DNA of 64,000 nucleotides, taken from the NCBI RefSeq assembly GCF_964204645.1, contig NC_134036.1, positions 10,767,859-10,831,858 of the forward strand, read 5' to 3'. A program made the translations under genes and the position numbers. Numbering within the stretch: the stretch's first letter is position 1; every line of letters begins with the position of its first letter. Origin of the DNA: Tubulanus polymorphus (lineage: Eukaryota > Animalia > Nemertea). Positions 13,292 through 27,009 of this stretch are shown here, in pieces. The notes under the pieces are model-generated. The model was not told the DNA's origin and did not search any database. It saw nothing but the letters and a program-made list of their open reading frames with translations.

Positions 13292-14740
13292 ATGGCTCTC
13301 AAGAAAGGCAACCCGGGCCGCCGCAAGTCGATCACCACCGGCGGACGTCCACGCGCCGTGTGTCCGGTCTGCCTGGAGGAGAAAAGCGACGTGCCGCGGC
13401 ATATAAGGCAGGTCCATCAGCGGGCCGACCTGGCGTTCTATCGCGAGAATCGTTTACGAAACCTGAAGTCGAAAACGCGCGAGTGTCCGCTTTGCGGAAT
13501 TCGGGTAACCAGGCTAGACATACACCTTACCCGACCGACCCCTCACGCCTTGAGAATAGGGTCGCAACGCTTCCGGCTATGAATGAGCGGCCGACGACCC
13601 CGACGACGAGGACGACGCCGACCGAACCAATAACCTCTTGGACGAGGCGCTGCTCGCTTACAGGTAAGGATCTCTTCGCTCGCTCGTTTCTCTGCCCGCC
13701 CTCCCACCCGTCACAGCTCGATCACTCACTCGCTCACTCACCGAATTGCTTTCTTTTCAGCGAAGCTAAGACCGATCGTGCGTCCGGCGCTCCGTACTGA
13801 TCAGTCCCCAGGAAAGATGTTAAAAAATTTTAAAGCAGGCCTAAACTGCAAATAACCATCTTTAACCTCTGTGAAAATTGGAAATAAAGCTTCAAGATAT
13901 ACTTAGATATTTCAAATTAATAAATATCGCGATTTCTTTAACGCGCGATAAGCAATGCGGTCCTTGGTTTCATATCGTCACTGTTCTCAATTGTTGCATT
14001 CTAAAATTCCAAGAATCGCCAACAAATATCTGCATTTTATTTCCTTTAAAATGGTGTATAAATTAAGTTCATGGAGCAAGGGACTGCAGAACTATGTGAT
14101 ATTCAATCTAAACTTATGTTTTAAAAATGAGCTCAAATTATCGCAACAATGGAGACCTCGAGGTACCGCCACAAAATGGCGCCTGGAAACTGGAAACTTC
14201 TTTATTCGAAGCCGGCGTCGTTGACGCAGTCGAAAGCTCTTCGCGCCAGGAACTACCTGATGCTGACGCTAGTCATCAGCGTCGGGAAGCGGGGTGGCGA
14301 CCCGTCGAACGTCGAATACTCGCGGCTGAAGATAGCATGCAAAGTTACCGACGCCGAAAACGAAACCAGATACGTCGTCAGGTTTTAACTCACAAGACGA
14401 CGAAAAGCGGACAGGCGTGCTAACTCATCGTCGACGCCAAAATATATCGCATGCTGAAGAAATACGGGCACAATACGCGCCGATTCTTTCTCGACGGCCG
14501 ACACGAACACGACTATTTGTTCACCACGCGTTACGGGGACAAATTGTCTTCGTTGGTAAGTAACCCGCGGCCGACCGGAGTAGACCGCCGCCGCCGCCGC
14601 CTATAACGTCTCCTCTTTCACGCTTTCAGCTTATGTCCAAGTGCCTCAACGCAGTATGGCGTGAGATATTCAGCAGGCGCTAGCGAAACACCTGGCGCAT
14701 TCCCTGAAAACGGCGGACGCCGCCTACGATCAATGACAGC
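13292..14740 (+). pseudogene. Second, decayed spliced tyrosine recombinase with N-terminal C2H2 fingers
   Basis: CPVC..RHIRQVH and CPLC..IHL..H fingers; RNYLMLTLVISVGKRGG, VLTHKTTKSG and LAKHLAHSLKTADAAY spread across frameshifts and stops. Confidence 0.6.
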
Positions 14741-16699
14741 AGATCGGCTGACAATCCAAATTCAAGGTAAGCTTCGTCGTTCGCGTCGCTCGCCGTAGAA
14801 AGCCGCTGACGGCACGACAGCTAGCTTAACGTTCCCGTCGTACGTTCTTTTCAGGGTGCCGCTGCAACCACGTAGACGCAGCGACCGACCGCCGATGGTA
14901 CGACGACTTTTGTGCTTACCGTTTATACTGTACTACATATTTAAATAACGTTTGTAATAAACCCGTAAATACTCAATCATACCGGTCGTTCGTCGTTCAC
15001 TAGACGCGAACATATATTCTATGTATATGTAACCTAGTTGTAAGTTTGTCTGTTCATGATTTATGCATATATGACCAATAAACTAAACGAAACTAAACAG
15101 AGATTTTCCCCGTTGTTTCAAAACAAGTCCAGGTTATGGCCTGCCTCTATCAATTTTATCTGCATTGACGGTGAGTATGCCATTATGACACCACTACGTC
15201 ATTGGGCTTTACGATATATAAATATCTTGGGTTGAGGGTTTAAAAAATGTAGTATCCATTGTCCTTCAAAGAAATAATGCGCCGTAACGAAAACGACCCA
15301 GATATCAGACGTAGGAGTAGGGGATAACATGAAAACCATTTAACTAATTACTTAACACTATCTTTTTGGTGTACAATATGTTATTTAATATTCTGAAGTT
15401 TGATACTGTCTGAAATGCAAAGCATATTCTATTTCATTCTGGGGTGACAGAAAATTAACCAAAAGGGACTTACCGACCACCAAAAATGCTACGCGTGTGG
15501 GGGTTACGGGAGAAGGTACTTGAGAGGACGTGACCTCCAGAGACACGGAAGCAAGAAGCAGTGAGCATGGATATGAACCCTCGGAACGTATCCCGGTTGT
15601 ATGTTATGAATCTGAATAAGTTTGAACGTAATTGTTTTCGTGGTAATTGTTCAAAATACAGGAAAGAAACATTACAACAGACTAACCAAGCAAGAATTTC
15701 CCCCGTGAAATGTGCAGCAAGGCTTCCATGCAAAGAAGTCGCTAGGTTCACCATAGCAGGAGCCACAGTGGCGGACAGCCATTCAAGTGTACACTTCGCA
15801 AGAATACATACGTGCGGTGAAGCACCTAACGAACAAACATTACACACATGGTGCTTATGATAATGCTAATGAAGAAAGAGCAAGTCATTGGACTTGTTAT
15901 AGTAAATTCGAGCCAGGGGAATAGGTACATGATCGTGGGGGTAGAAGTGAACATAGTCGTCGTTTCGCTGGACGCAACACGCTGCTGCATGGACGAGCAT
16001 TCGTCACGCAGTTTTTTTTTTGCTTAAAACTACGGCGTGGAACAGCAACACCGGTAGAAATCTTTCGTAGTGACTCTACGAGCTGAAATGTCGCTGCCGT
16101 TCTACCGCAGATTGCGCAAACATACGGGCAAGCGAGGCTTTCCGTAGGTTTTAGCTTTATATCGGACTTAACTGGGCGTAATTTTAGGAATATACTTAAT
16201 AAATTCAGTTACATCATTTAATCCCATTAAATGAAGTTTTGTTAACTGCTTTTTAAAAAGCATTGTATCCAGTTCCAAGTCCAAGCTTTTTTAACCTCTT
16301 AATGAGAGGGCAGCCTTCAGAACATACTTCAACTTTTTCTCAGAACTGCTTTCATTCTGCATTCGGACAATGATTAAATATAAAGCTAGCAATCGACAAA
16401 GAGAATTTCCCTTTAACAGGAATAGATACAGCACACGAAATAAAAGTGGCACCTGGAAAGAATAAATGAAGCCTCGTTTTTCAAATATAATACACAGCAT
16501 AGTTCACCGAAGCGTCATACAAAATACAGTAAATTAGACTCGAATGGCTCCGTAGAAACTAAGAAAGAGTTTATATGAAAAGGTCCCTCAAAAGAGAAAA
16601 GTGCAAACGAAAAACGGGAAAGATAACACAAAACCACGCTCACAGTCAACCCTCAAAACACACAATTGCACACATAATAAACAGTTAGATTAACATGTA

Positions 16700-17600
16700 A
16701 TTCTATTTTTTCAATATAACTATAATTTGAGTTTTAATAAGAGGATGAATATATAATGTAATCAAGGGCAAATTTTTTTTTTCTATAATTTCTCAGAAAC
16801 AGTTTTGAATTTTCCAGAAATGGTTCTACTTTGGCTATTGTGAGAAAGTGTGTGTAAATCTTGTCGTCACCGACTATTATGACTGTAGATTTGAAAATTT
16901 TGGCTTCAATCATTTTCGAATGATTTCGACAATTCAGAGTGGACGAATTAGTTGATAAAAGTACCTAACTGGGGGTTATCAATATCTTTGAGCCTGAGGA
17001 AATTTACTGTTTGAATATAGGGTCAGTGTACGTCAAATAATAGGAATTCGAAATGAACCTAATACCTCTTTTCGCAATTCAATTATTGGCTGTAGTTATA
17101 AAACTGGAGGCAAGGATCGATAAGCGAAAAATAAAGTGTACGAAATGAGCTCGCTGGGAGCTTATATTTGAGTCTATTTATTATATCAATGTTTCGAGAA
17201 ACTATTGTGTCGACTGATTTTATGAGATCGTCCCAGTTTAGATATCTGGATAAGAACTCTAACAAAATTTAGGACATTGACTTGTTCAATATTCTCAAGT
17301 TATTTTTCAATAATTAACTGGAAACCATAAATGACGTCTTCTATACATTAAATGGCAACTTGTTTGTTTGAAACCAGGTAAAAATTTTGATAATTCAATA
17401 TGTACAGTACATACTAATCCGTCTAAATTGTTGTAACTATAAAAATGCACTTGCGTCATAAGCAAACAATATAAGTTTTAACACACTAGAAAATTTAATT
17501 CAGTTATTAACGTATAACAAAAAAGCAAGTGACCTACAATTGAGCCTTGGGGAACTCGGATTTCAACAGTTCCGAATGAAGATTTCTAATTTTGAGTTTT
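16700..17600 (-). mobile_element. Decayed CR1/L2-like LINE reverse transcriptase 3' fragment
   Basis: Degenerate PQGS..G.LLFLLYVN, LKLILFAYD (from FADD) and LKYKLPASSFRTLYFSLIDP remnants on the minus strand. Confidence 0.7.
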
Positions 17601-18429
17601 AGAAAATATGTTTGATATTAGGAGTATGCAGGTTTCGTGAGATTAGCAATTTATAATAGCATAGCTGTCATATACGGCTCCGCGTCCTCTGATGGCATGT
17701 ATATTAGGTGACAATTTAATTCAATTCTTTATTGATCCTTATTACATTGAAATTCCGGGATAAAATTCCCAAATTCAATAAATACAAATTTTAAAATAAA
17801 TTAATACAACATACATGACACACGGGTAATTCATACAGAACAACATAAGCATGTTATTTCAAATGACAATGTCTACTTCAACCCACCCAGACTCAAGACT
17901 CTAGGATATCGAGTGACAGCCAAACCCGTGGCCCGGGCCCGGGGACCGGGCCGGCTGGCTAGGCCACACGATATGCTCGAAGTCATGATGAAGCAGACAT
18001 CAGAAGAGCTCTTTCTTCAACCATGGAGGCAATGAAGTTGCAGGCCAGCTTAGAGGCCTAAGTAAATGAAGTCGGTCGCAAGTTCGCGATCAATTATTGA
18101 GAATTTTCAATAAAAAAAATTTAAACCACTACTAGAGTCGAAGACCTGTATCATCTACCCAATCGCCAAATCTCATCATTCCCCAAATTTCTTAAAAACT
18201 TCGATTTCAAATTTGCAATTCCACATTAGCTTAGCCCAGAAATTCTACATTTTTTTCGCAGGCGTCAAATAATTTTCTAAAATTAATTTTCTTGTTTCTT
18301 TCTAAATTTTATGAAATTTCGTCACTTATCAAGGTTACGGCCATGGCAGTTGAATGGTTCTTTTGAAAAGCCAAACTGGTTTGGTTGCATACTGATCCGC
18401 AGCAAGATTTCGTAGTAGCTAAAAATGTT

Positions 18430-19685
18430 TGTAATGTTGATTTCCTGAATGCGTTGGTGGTTATTAATGGTTTCAGACAACAAACGTAGTAAGATGTAGT
18501 AAGCAGGTTGTTGTTTGATGCTTTGATCTATCAGCGCTGACCATAAATCAGCCTGGTGTAAAAATAATTCTTTCTCGGTTCTTCTGCTTCGTTATCTGGC
18601 AAACATTCAGAAATCTTTTTATAAACTTAAGAATAGACGGAACCGTATTTGTTCGGAACAATGGGTTGCATTAATTATGCGGCTGGTGAAAGAATCACGC
18701 TGTTACTTCATGATACTCCCAACTACTTTCTTTAAAAAGGAAAACGGAAGTATGGGGAGACATTGTTGTTTTGCTTTATCCCGTATTGTAATCAAATTTA
18801 TTTAGCATAACAATTATTGAATGATTTTAAGAATGATAATGGATCATAATGAAGTTTCGACTCAAAAGTATTTATAATAATTCAAAAAGAAATAATCAGT
18901 GGTACCCTAATTTGAGACAAATACTAAAGTTTCGAAAATACATTTAATTTGAATATCCTAGATGTTATTGAGAACAAATGCTCTATAATCGCTAAAGTTT
19001 TAAGAAAACTAATTTGTGTTAAATGCTATTACTAGCTCCCTAAAGTTTCTCTTGTTGTATACGTCTGTTGGTAACTCGCAGAGAATAGCTGTTCTCTCAA
19101 CGATGATAAGCAAGGAGTGAGTAAATCATTCCGCGTCACGACAGGAGGGTTGGAAGGAAAAAGTTAGTTCAGCAAATCAGTTTTGAAAATAATTTTTCAT
19201 CAGCGAATCATTAAGGCTAAATTCTATATGACCAAAACAGTCATGGCAGTTAGGTTGCTGCTTCTTGCCAAAAGTCGAGTGGGAGAGTCGGTATTTTAAG
19301 AATGCCGACTCTTTCTATAAAAGGGACCCGCATCTTGAGAGAGCAGACACTCAAGAGACACTCAAAAGACACTCGATAGAGATTCGATAGTTACTTGTTA
19401 AAAGCTTGTTTGGGACTTGATTCAAGACGGGTTACCAGCAGGAGAGTGCAATAGGAATTTAGAGCTAGGATTTGGATTGTGTTAAACTGGAGAGCTGTGT
19501 TTAAATATTAAGGTAAATAAATTCATCTTGTATTGTAATATCCATTCAAAATTTCCGGTATTCTAGTTTTACGTGGGTTTGTGCGCGGACATGTTCTCTC
19601 GCCAGGGACCGATTATTGCTTATATTATCATACGACTAAGGAGAGGATTGTGACCGGCGTATCAATACTATGAAACTGTGTTACA
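18430..19685 (+). mobile_element. Possible solo LTR
   Basis: TGTAA...TTACA ends, TATAAAAG at about 19316, AATAAA at about 19516; flanks ATGTT and ATATT match at 4 of 5. Left boundary uncertain. Confidence 0.35.
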
Positions 19686-19863
19686 ATATTCCGTTAATCG
19701 ATTATATACGATATTTTCCAGAATTCTGGAAAAGCAAGGCAGTACAGATATCGGTTTGTTATTATCAGAAGAGTCATTATTGCCTGCTTTGTAAAGTGGA
19801 CGTACCCGCACAAACTTCAGTTCACTAGATAATATACGTGCCTTCAAACTACAATTAAATATA

Positions 19864-20416
19864 CAGTCAACCCCGCATAAGTCGTAGCCCTCGGGACTGA
19901 CGATTTTTCTACGACTTAGTTACGAGTCATGTGTAAGTCGTATTTTACAAATTATTTATATATCGCAGTTTTATACGAATTCAGCGAATAATCCGTGAAA
20001 ATACAATATATACTACGCTCAGATTCCAGCAGAGGTCGTATCACTGAGCTGACCTGACAGTGCAGATATATATTGCTGAAATCTCCTCTCAATCAATCAT
20101 CTAAAGCTGTCAAGTGCACCACGTAGACAACGTCACAAGGAGGTTACATTGTAACTGTCTAAACACTTGACAATATTGCAGGGTATTTTCATCTGATACC
20201 GGCATATCGGGCTACGACCTACGCGAGGTATTTTGAATGGAATTAGAAGATTTGGCCCCTAAAATTGATACGACTAACGTGAAAATACGACTTATAAGGT
20301 ATGAGTAATAAGCATAATATTATATGGTACAAAGAAAAAATCGAGACCGAAATAGTTATACGAGAGATGTGATCACACGACTACTAATTCAATGACGACT
20401 TATGCGGGGTTGACTG
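19864..20416. mobile_element. Tc1/mariner (pogo-type) MITE
   Basis: Perfect 22-bp TIR CAGTCAACCCCGCATAAGTCGT with TA on both sides; internal ACGACTTA repeats. Confidence 0.88.
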
Positions 20417-20574
20417 TACGTACTATTTTTACAGAGATCCCGTCAGCGCCAGCGTCTTTAATGGCTGAAAAATCATTTTCAATTTGATTAATTCTATTAG
20501 AGCGAGTCGAGAAAATGTCTTCATTCACTGAGTATCATGCATGTGAATGGAAACATAAGTCTTTAGAAAGCATG

Positions 20575-22280
20575 CATTGAATGACAGGACGTTGTCTCAA
20601 AATCACATTTCTGCATTACAAGGATTCTCAAGGTAATATGCATTTCATATGTCTAAAAGCCGTAGATATTTATAGCAGGCATGCTATATGCAAAGGAATA
20701 AGAGACATGTATCATAAGGGTGATGAGGGCAGATTATATGTCATCGGGGTAATAGGACACAGCACAAAACAGAGCGATGGCCACAACTAGAGAAGATCCA
20801 GGCAAGTAGACCAGTGAAAAATTGGATGATAATCATTGACAGATGACACAAATCATCCACACATTTAACCACAAAATCCAACACCGCAGTAAACGACAAT
20901 TCAGAGTAATGTAACCTGTAGAAATATATACGGGGAATTAACACCAATAAATCGTTTCCAGAACGCTCCAAATTACTCGATTCCCTCGACGGGTCGGAAT
21001 GAGACACACAGACAACAAACAAAAGAACCTCCCCGTGAGTACACGATCGATGTGTATGCTACTACCGTATCCAACAAACGTGGAACGAGATTCGTAGACG
21101 TTTAAGGCTGCCTGCAATAGGTCTACTGAAATTGTATCTGTGAACGGAAGAGTAAATCCTAATCATCAAAAATAGATCAAACCGTTCAAACTGTCAACTT
21201 CCAGATCAACAGACAAGCGAAAAGTTAACGTACATCAGCCGAATGTAGTTAGATGTACTAGGGATCCGGTATTTTAAGTTAAGTCATTGTTTTTTAATGT
21301 CTCTTTCATCTATGTATTTTGATATTTATGTTCGTCACCATTCTACAAGTTGACAACGAAATACCACCTGGAACATCGACTTATCACGCAGGATTAGACA
21401 CCGATCAGCATCAACTGTAGCTAGCGGAATTTCAATTCAATTTTCTAGCCCGCTGCATGCTTGAATGCACATCGCATTTCAATGACCATGTTTTGAATAG
21501 TTTAACAGTCTAGTGCCGGCTTACCTGAGTTCATGCTGAATATCCGCAACGGTTCTATCAAAATGCACCAGACTTTTCTTCACGTTTCCTATACACGTGC
21601 TTGTGATGTTGTTCGATTTTTCATGGCCAAGTCGGACAGAAATTGCCGAAAAGACCCAAATATCAGTTTTTTACATAAATTCATTGATTTTTCTTTTGCA
21701 GGTGTCATCAAAGAACTGAACTACACCTGCCGGTATATCGGGCAACCACTCACGCGAGAATGCACGAGTGCCTGCGTAAAACTAGATTCATGTATTTACG
21801 CACTCAACGTACGTTATGAACTTACTGCTGAACCGAACGTTTTTAGCAAATGGAAACAGGGACCTACCTTATTGGCTTTGAAATAGTGAGCCTAAACCCC
21901 GGACCTGACCAATGAACGTGGCTCCATGAGAAATTCACCGTCACAAGCCATGTGCACGCGAAACGATTTTGTAACGGCTGTATTTTTTGTTCTAGGTTAT
22001 ATGCCGAAAATCGCGTCTCAACGCACCGGTGAGCAATGAAAAATAATTTTTTTTTTTTGGAAAAAAATCGATCGACTTGTGGTACGGCCTCGAAAATTCG
22101 GAGAGACTCGGGAGAAGTTATTTTCAGAATTTGAAGCCAAAAAGTATCCGTTGATATGGGGACTGATGTGCGCCAGACGGCTGCGCGCGGTCCAATCAGT
22201 CGGACCGATACGCACGCCACTTTTGGCAGAGGTGGTAACTTCACGAAGCAATTTCGAGCGATCGACGCATTAATTCCGCT
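20575..22280 (-). pseudogene. Duplicated segment copy 1, including a decayed rhodopsin-GPCR-like sequence
   Basis: Collinear similarity to 27010-29790; minus-strand remnants (NDLLVLIP, LCHLSMIIIQFFTGLLAWI) resemble TM2-TM3. Confidence 0.4.
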
Positions 22281-22914
22281 CGAGACCGCCTTGAAAACAT
22301 CGTATTCATAATTACGGTAGTATGTGCTAAGTGCAAAATATATAAGAAAAAGATTAACGAAACAGACGCCGAATAAATAACCAACTATGAAATAAAACGT
22401 AATACAATTTACTTTTAAATAATTTGCTTGCATGACACTACTACTACACTCTGTTATTTTTATGGCTGCATATACACAGTGAGACTAAAAGGTAAACTGT
22501 CTGTGGCGACCGATACTGACAGTCAGTTCAGTTAACGGTCACATTTGTATTTTCAACAAACCTATGGTTCGCTTTTGATAATCACCAGCTGATGATCTTT
22601 TAACGCTACTATTTTGTATTGTGTCTTTCTTATCTATATGATGCATTATGATTATCACAACATTTTGGGCATCGTTTTAAGTAACTCAAATAGGAGATTC
22701 TTACATTACGACAGTTTCTTTGTGTGCACATTCACAAACTGTTTCAGTACTACGTACTACTCGGTTATCATAAAACTGCCCAGCCACCACTATTAGAATG
22801 TCGATAAATTGTGCTGTCCATGATTGGCCTCTCGTGAAAATGTCTATAGAAATGGGGCACACTTTTTATTTGGATGGTCCCGAGATCTTATTTTTCACTC
22901 TCCCCCTCCCCAAC

Positions 22915-23015
22915 ACTCGCTCACTCACTCTCCCCCTCCCAAACATTCGCTCACTCACTCACTCGATCACTCACTCACTCACTCACTCACTCACTCACTC
23001 ACTCACTCACTCACT
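22915..23015. repeat. (TCAC)n microsatellite
   Basis: Direct reading. Confidence 0.95.
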
Positions 23016-24562
23016 AAGTTTTCAATAGATTGACAACACTTATCTCGGAAAAAGTCTACTGCCAAACAAATTCTGAGGTAGGCAAGTTCTACTGTATTCC
23101 ATTTTGCCAGCAAATACGAGTCCCAAAATTTGGCAAAATTTTAATCTGTTGTTGTGTTTAAATTTTTAGATTGATGGCAATGAGGCCAAAATCAACAAAG
23201 GCTAGAATAAACCATTAACGCCATTAATTGCTGTTATGGGTAAGTGTAAACACCAGCAAACTACCAGTCAAAGTCCTCAAACCATAATTCAAGGTTAACC
23301 TAGATGCTAGAGGATTCCCATTCAACACAGGGTTAAATTTGAATGAATTTGTCTTCAAAATTGCTTCAAGATTTAGTTTTTCATTTTTTTCTTATAAGCA
23401 GCTTGATAACCCTCTAAACAAGTGTGCAATATTTTGTGCATAATGTATATGAAAGATCTAATATATGTTTTTAGCTTATTTAACTAGTTAAACATCTTTT
23501 TACAGGGGATTCAACATTCGCAGCTGATACGTTCTATATATTGTTATTTATGGTGCAGTTTTCTCGAGCATGATGATAAGTGATTACAATGATGCAGTTA
23601 AACTGCTATTCATCTGTTTCTTTGTGTTCAATATCGAGTATCCACAGGGACACTAGACACTGGATAAAGACACTGGAGTTTATTCAGAGGTTAGTCTTCT
23701 TTCTACTATACATAGGGGACGGAGTCAAAATTGTGCCAACATTCCTATGTACTATAATGCTTACGAATGTGTACACAAACAGGTCAAACATTAGCAAAAA
23801 TGTTCTTACAGAATGAATAAATGGAGGATACCCTTGGACAAAGTGTTATGTTTGAACGTGTTTGACAGATCTAAAAAATGACAACTAAAAAATGACAACG
23901 TTTTAATTAAATATTTCATTGAAAATTTGTAACATTTTGATCATCTCATTCTTTGATTTCCAGTCAGCTTTTCTTTGTTTCAATCATCGAAAGTAAATTT
24001 ACGAATGAAAAAAAAATATTGGGCGAAACCTGCATACACAAAGGCTTAGAATGTTGAACTGGCTATACATTTATTAGAATTCCATACACTAATTAGCAAC
24101 TGGGATTCAGTCGGAATATACATGTATCAATATCTGCAAATTTTCAATTCCTCTGTTCATCCAAATATGTATTTTTCAATTCCAGCCTTTGTGTATCGGC
24201 CTTTAAGTTTTCAGAAACATCAGAAACTGGTTCAAATTTTTAAGAATTTGATTCAAAGCCATTAATTTAAGAAATTACGCAAAAATACTTGTTTCTTCTG
24301 TCAGTGGTTAGGGTGCATTACCGAGTCATGGGCCAGTTTTATATGCAAAAACAAAAAAGCATATACGGCATCAATGCAGATAAACTTGGCTACTCACGAC
24401 ATGTAACTCAAACCACAAATTATTAGTATTATGAAATATATAACGCATCGAGTGTACTGTCATTACACACTCAGTTTTTTGCGAATAATTATTTTTTAAG
24501 GTTTTTTGAAAATCCTTTTAAGTTATGATTTCCTTTCGTTTTCTTTTAGATGTTTCCTGTCA

Positions 24563-24830
24563 ATTAATTCAGGAAGTCCATCGCCACGGGTGGTGTCACT
24601 CTTCCGTGAGCTGGCAGATTTCGAGACCGACTGCATATGATCTGATGATGTGACATTATTAATTCGAGAAGTCCATTGACGCGCGTTGTGTTGCTTGTCG
24701 GCAAGCGGGCAGATTTCGAGACCGATTGGCTATCATCCGGTGACTTTACAATGTGTTAATTCGAGAAGTCCATCGACGCGAGTTGTGTTGCTTGTCGGCA
24801 AGCGGGCAGATTTGAGGAGTGAATGGGAAA
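24563..24830. repeat. Imperfect tandem repeat, about 100-bp unit x3
   Basis: TTAATTC(G/A)..GAAGTCCAT..GCAGATTTCGAGACCGA recurs. Confidence 0.7.
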
Positions 24831-27009
24831 TAACCTGTTGATTTTAAAAATTAATTCAGGAATTCCATGGAATGTATTGGAAATAATCTATGGACTCATG
24901 CTATAAAGACACTGAAGAAATATTTGTTTCTATTAGTACGCATCATTTCATTAGGCCTATTTTATATATCATTTGTCCATTTTGACGGTTAGTTCAACCA
25001 TGGACGTATAATCTAGTTTATACGTCCATGGTTTAACCCATCACTTCCGTATTTCTGCGTGTCGCACGCCTTCTTGGTATTTTGATTGGTAAAACTACAT
25101 TTTACTTTTGAAATAATTTTGACAGTTTCCCCTGATTTGTTCTTGAATTTCATTGTTGAAAAGAATTTCATCTTTACAAATTATGTTTGAATATGACCAG
25201 AGGTTATGACTAAACTTGATATATTAGAATTGAAAGTGGAAGAGTGCTGTTTCATTTCCATAAACTGGTAGATTTTGAGATTGAATGGAAATAATCCGTT
25301 GACTTAGCAAATTAATTAATTCCATCGGCGCGAGGTGTGTCACTTTTCTGCGAGTTAGTAGATTAAAAGTAGTTTGAAATGATATTTTGAGTTGAAGTGT
25401 TTTGAGCATGGAAAACTGTCAAAATTAATTTACCTTTCATATTATCACGCCTACTGGGTATTTTGATGTGTAAAACTACTAACAGTAATTTTGACAGGTT
25501 TTTCATACAATATTACTTGAAAGCTAGTTAAATGACTGAAGTGCAGTACCTTTTTTCTAAAATATTATTGTTGTAATAGTTTAAAAATGTTTGTTCTTCT
25601 TTGGCTGTGCTGAATCACGAGAGATTAGATTTATCTTAGGCTTTAATATTGGATGTTTTTGTGCCATACCAGTACTTAGCAGTTCGTACTTCGTCTTAAT
25701 ATATGTAATTTACATGTAAAAGTTTCACATGTGAGTTCAAGTTTAGACCGTTGTGTTGAGAGTTTTGTATTCGATTTTAGTTGTAAATATATAACTATTT
25801 CACTTGTCTGGCTTTATTATGAATTTTCTCATATTTTACTGCCTAAGCTCAAATTGATTTAGCTCATCAATTGTTTCGGTAAACAGCTTTGGCCCTTTTC
25901 TGGGATATGCCTAGTTGCATGTTTTTGATATCCAAGCTCTGTTTAAAAAAAATCTGATGTCATAGAATATTGAGACATGCACAATTTCAGCTCCTTCTCT
26001 TTTCTATTTTTTGAGAAAATTTAAATTCACTTCAGACTTGGGCATATGAAATATAGAGTAATCGGATACCTGAAAGAAGTCGGTTTGTTTTGCAATCAAT
26101 GTAATTGTATCTTGATTATAGGTTTATAATGGGCAGTCATGATTTTTTGGCCCACTAAAATCATTTGTTGATGTTTTGATACTTAAATATTATTATTGTT
26201 ATTTTGCACTGATTTATGGTAACTCTAGAGGTTTCATTGGATTTACACTAAAATAATTGGGTACATTTACCAGTTCTTTAAATTGGTAGTAGGACCATGA
26301 AAATTGGTTTTACACCATATTATTTGTATTTAACATTGTCTATAAAGAAGTAAATTAACTATATGATAATGTAAATATACTCGCTCTATGTATGTAAATT
26401 CGCTTATCATTGGTGTTTAAGATTGACAATTAAGCCAGTAAATTTACTATATAGGTAATGTAAAATTACTTACTGTATGTTAATTAACTATCATTGGTGT
26501 TTAAGCATAACGATTAAGTCAGTAAATTTACTATATGTCGTAATTTTACTACACCTATGGGTCAAATTTCCTGCCAATTTTTTTGGTTAATTTACCAATT
26601 TATTTTTAACAGTGTACTTCAGTCACGATGTTTGTATCAACAGCTCGACAATTTTACTACATTTGTGATGCGTCATCGCGCACTGATAAGCTGATGATAT
26701 ATTTATTCCATTATTAGTACATCAGTAGTTTGCATGGTGGCCTCCAGATGGAGGGAGTGGACAGGTGCTGTAGAGTGAGCACATGGTCCGAGTCACCTCT
26801 AAGGTGTTCACGGGTGTATTTGCACGGATTTCTACTCATTGAAGGTAAGATATCATATGATTGTGATACTAATGATTGTAATTGGTTCTATGTCCCGAAA
26901 ATTACCACTACGGCAAGATGTTAACTGTCCTTTAACAGAAAAAAAAAGATACAGCACACGAAAAGTAAGCGGCGCTTTGAATGGAAAAATATGTCATGGG
27001 TAAGTAAAC

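Noticed and set aside
12967-13417. PL/EG/RE-repeat ORFs
   Set aside because: Artefacts of the (CCCTCT)n microsatellite.
15561-15860. Cys/His pattern suggesting a Mutator zinc ribbon
   Set aside because: Too fragmentary; no DDE domain or TIRs found.
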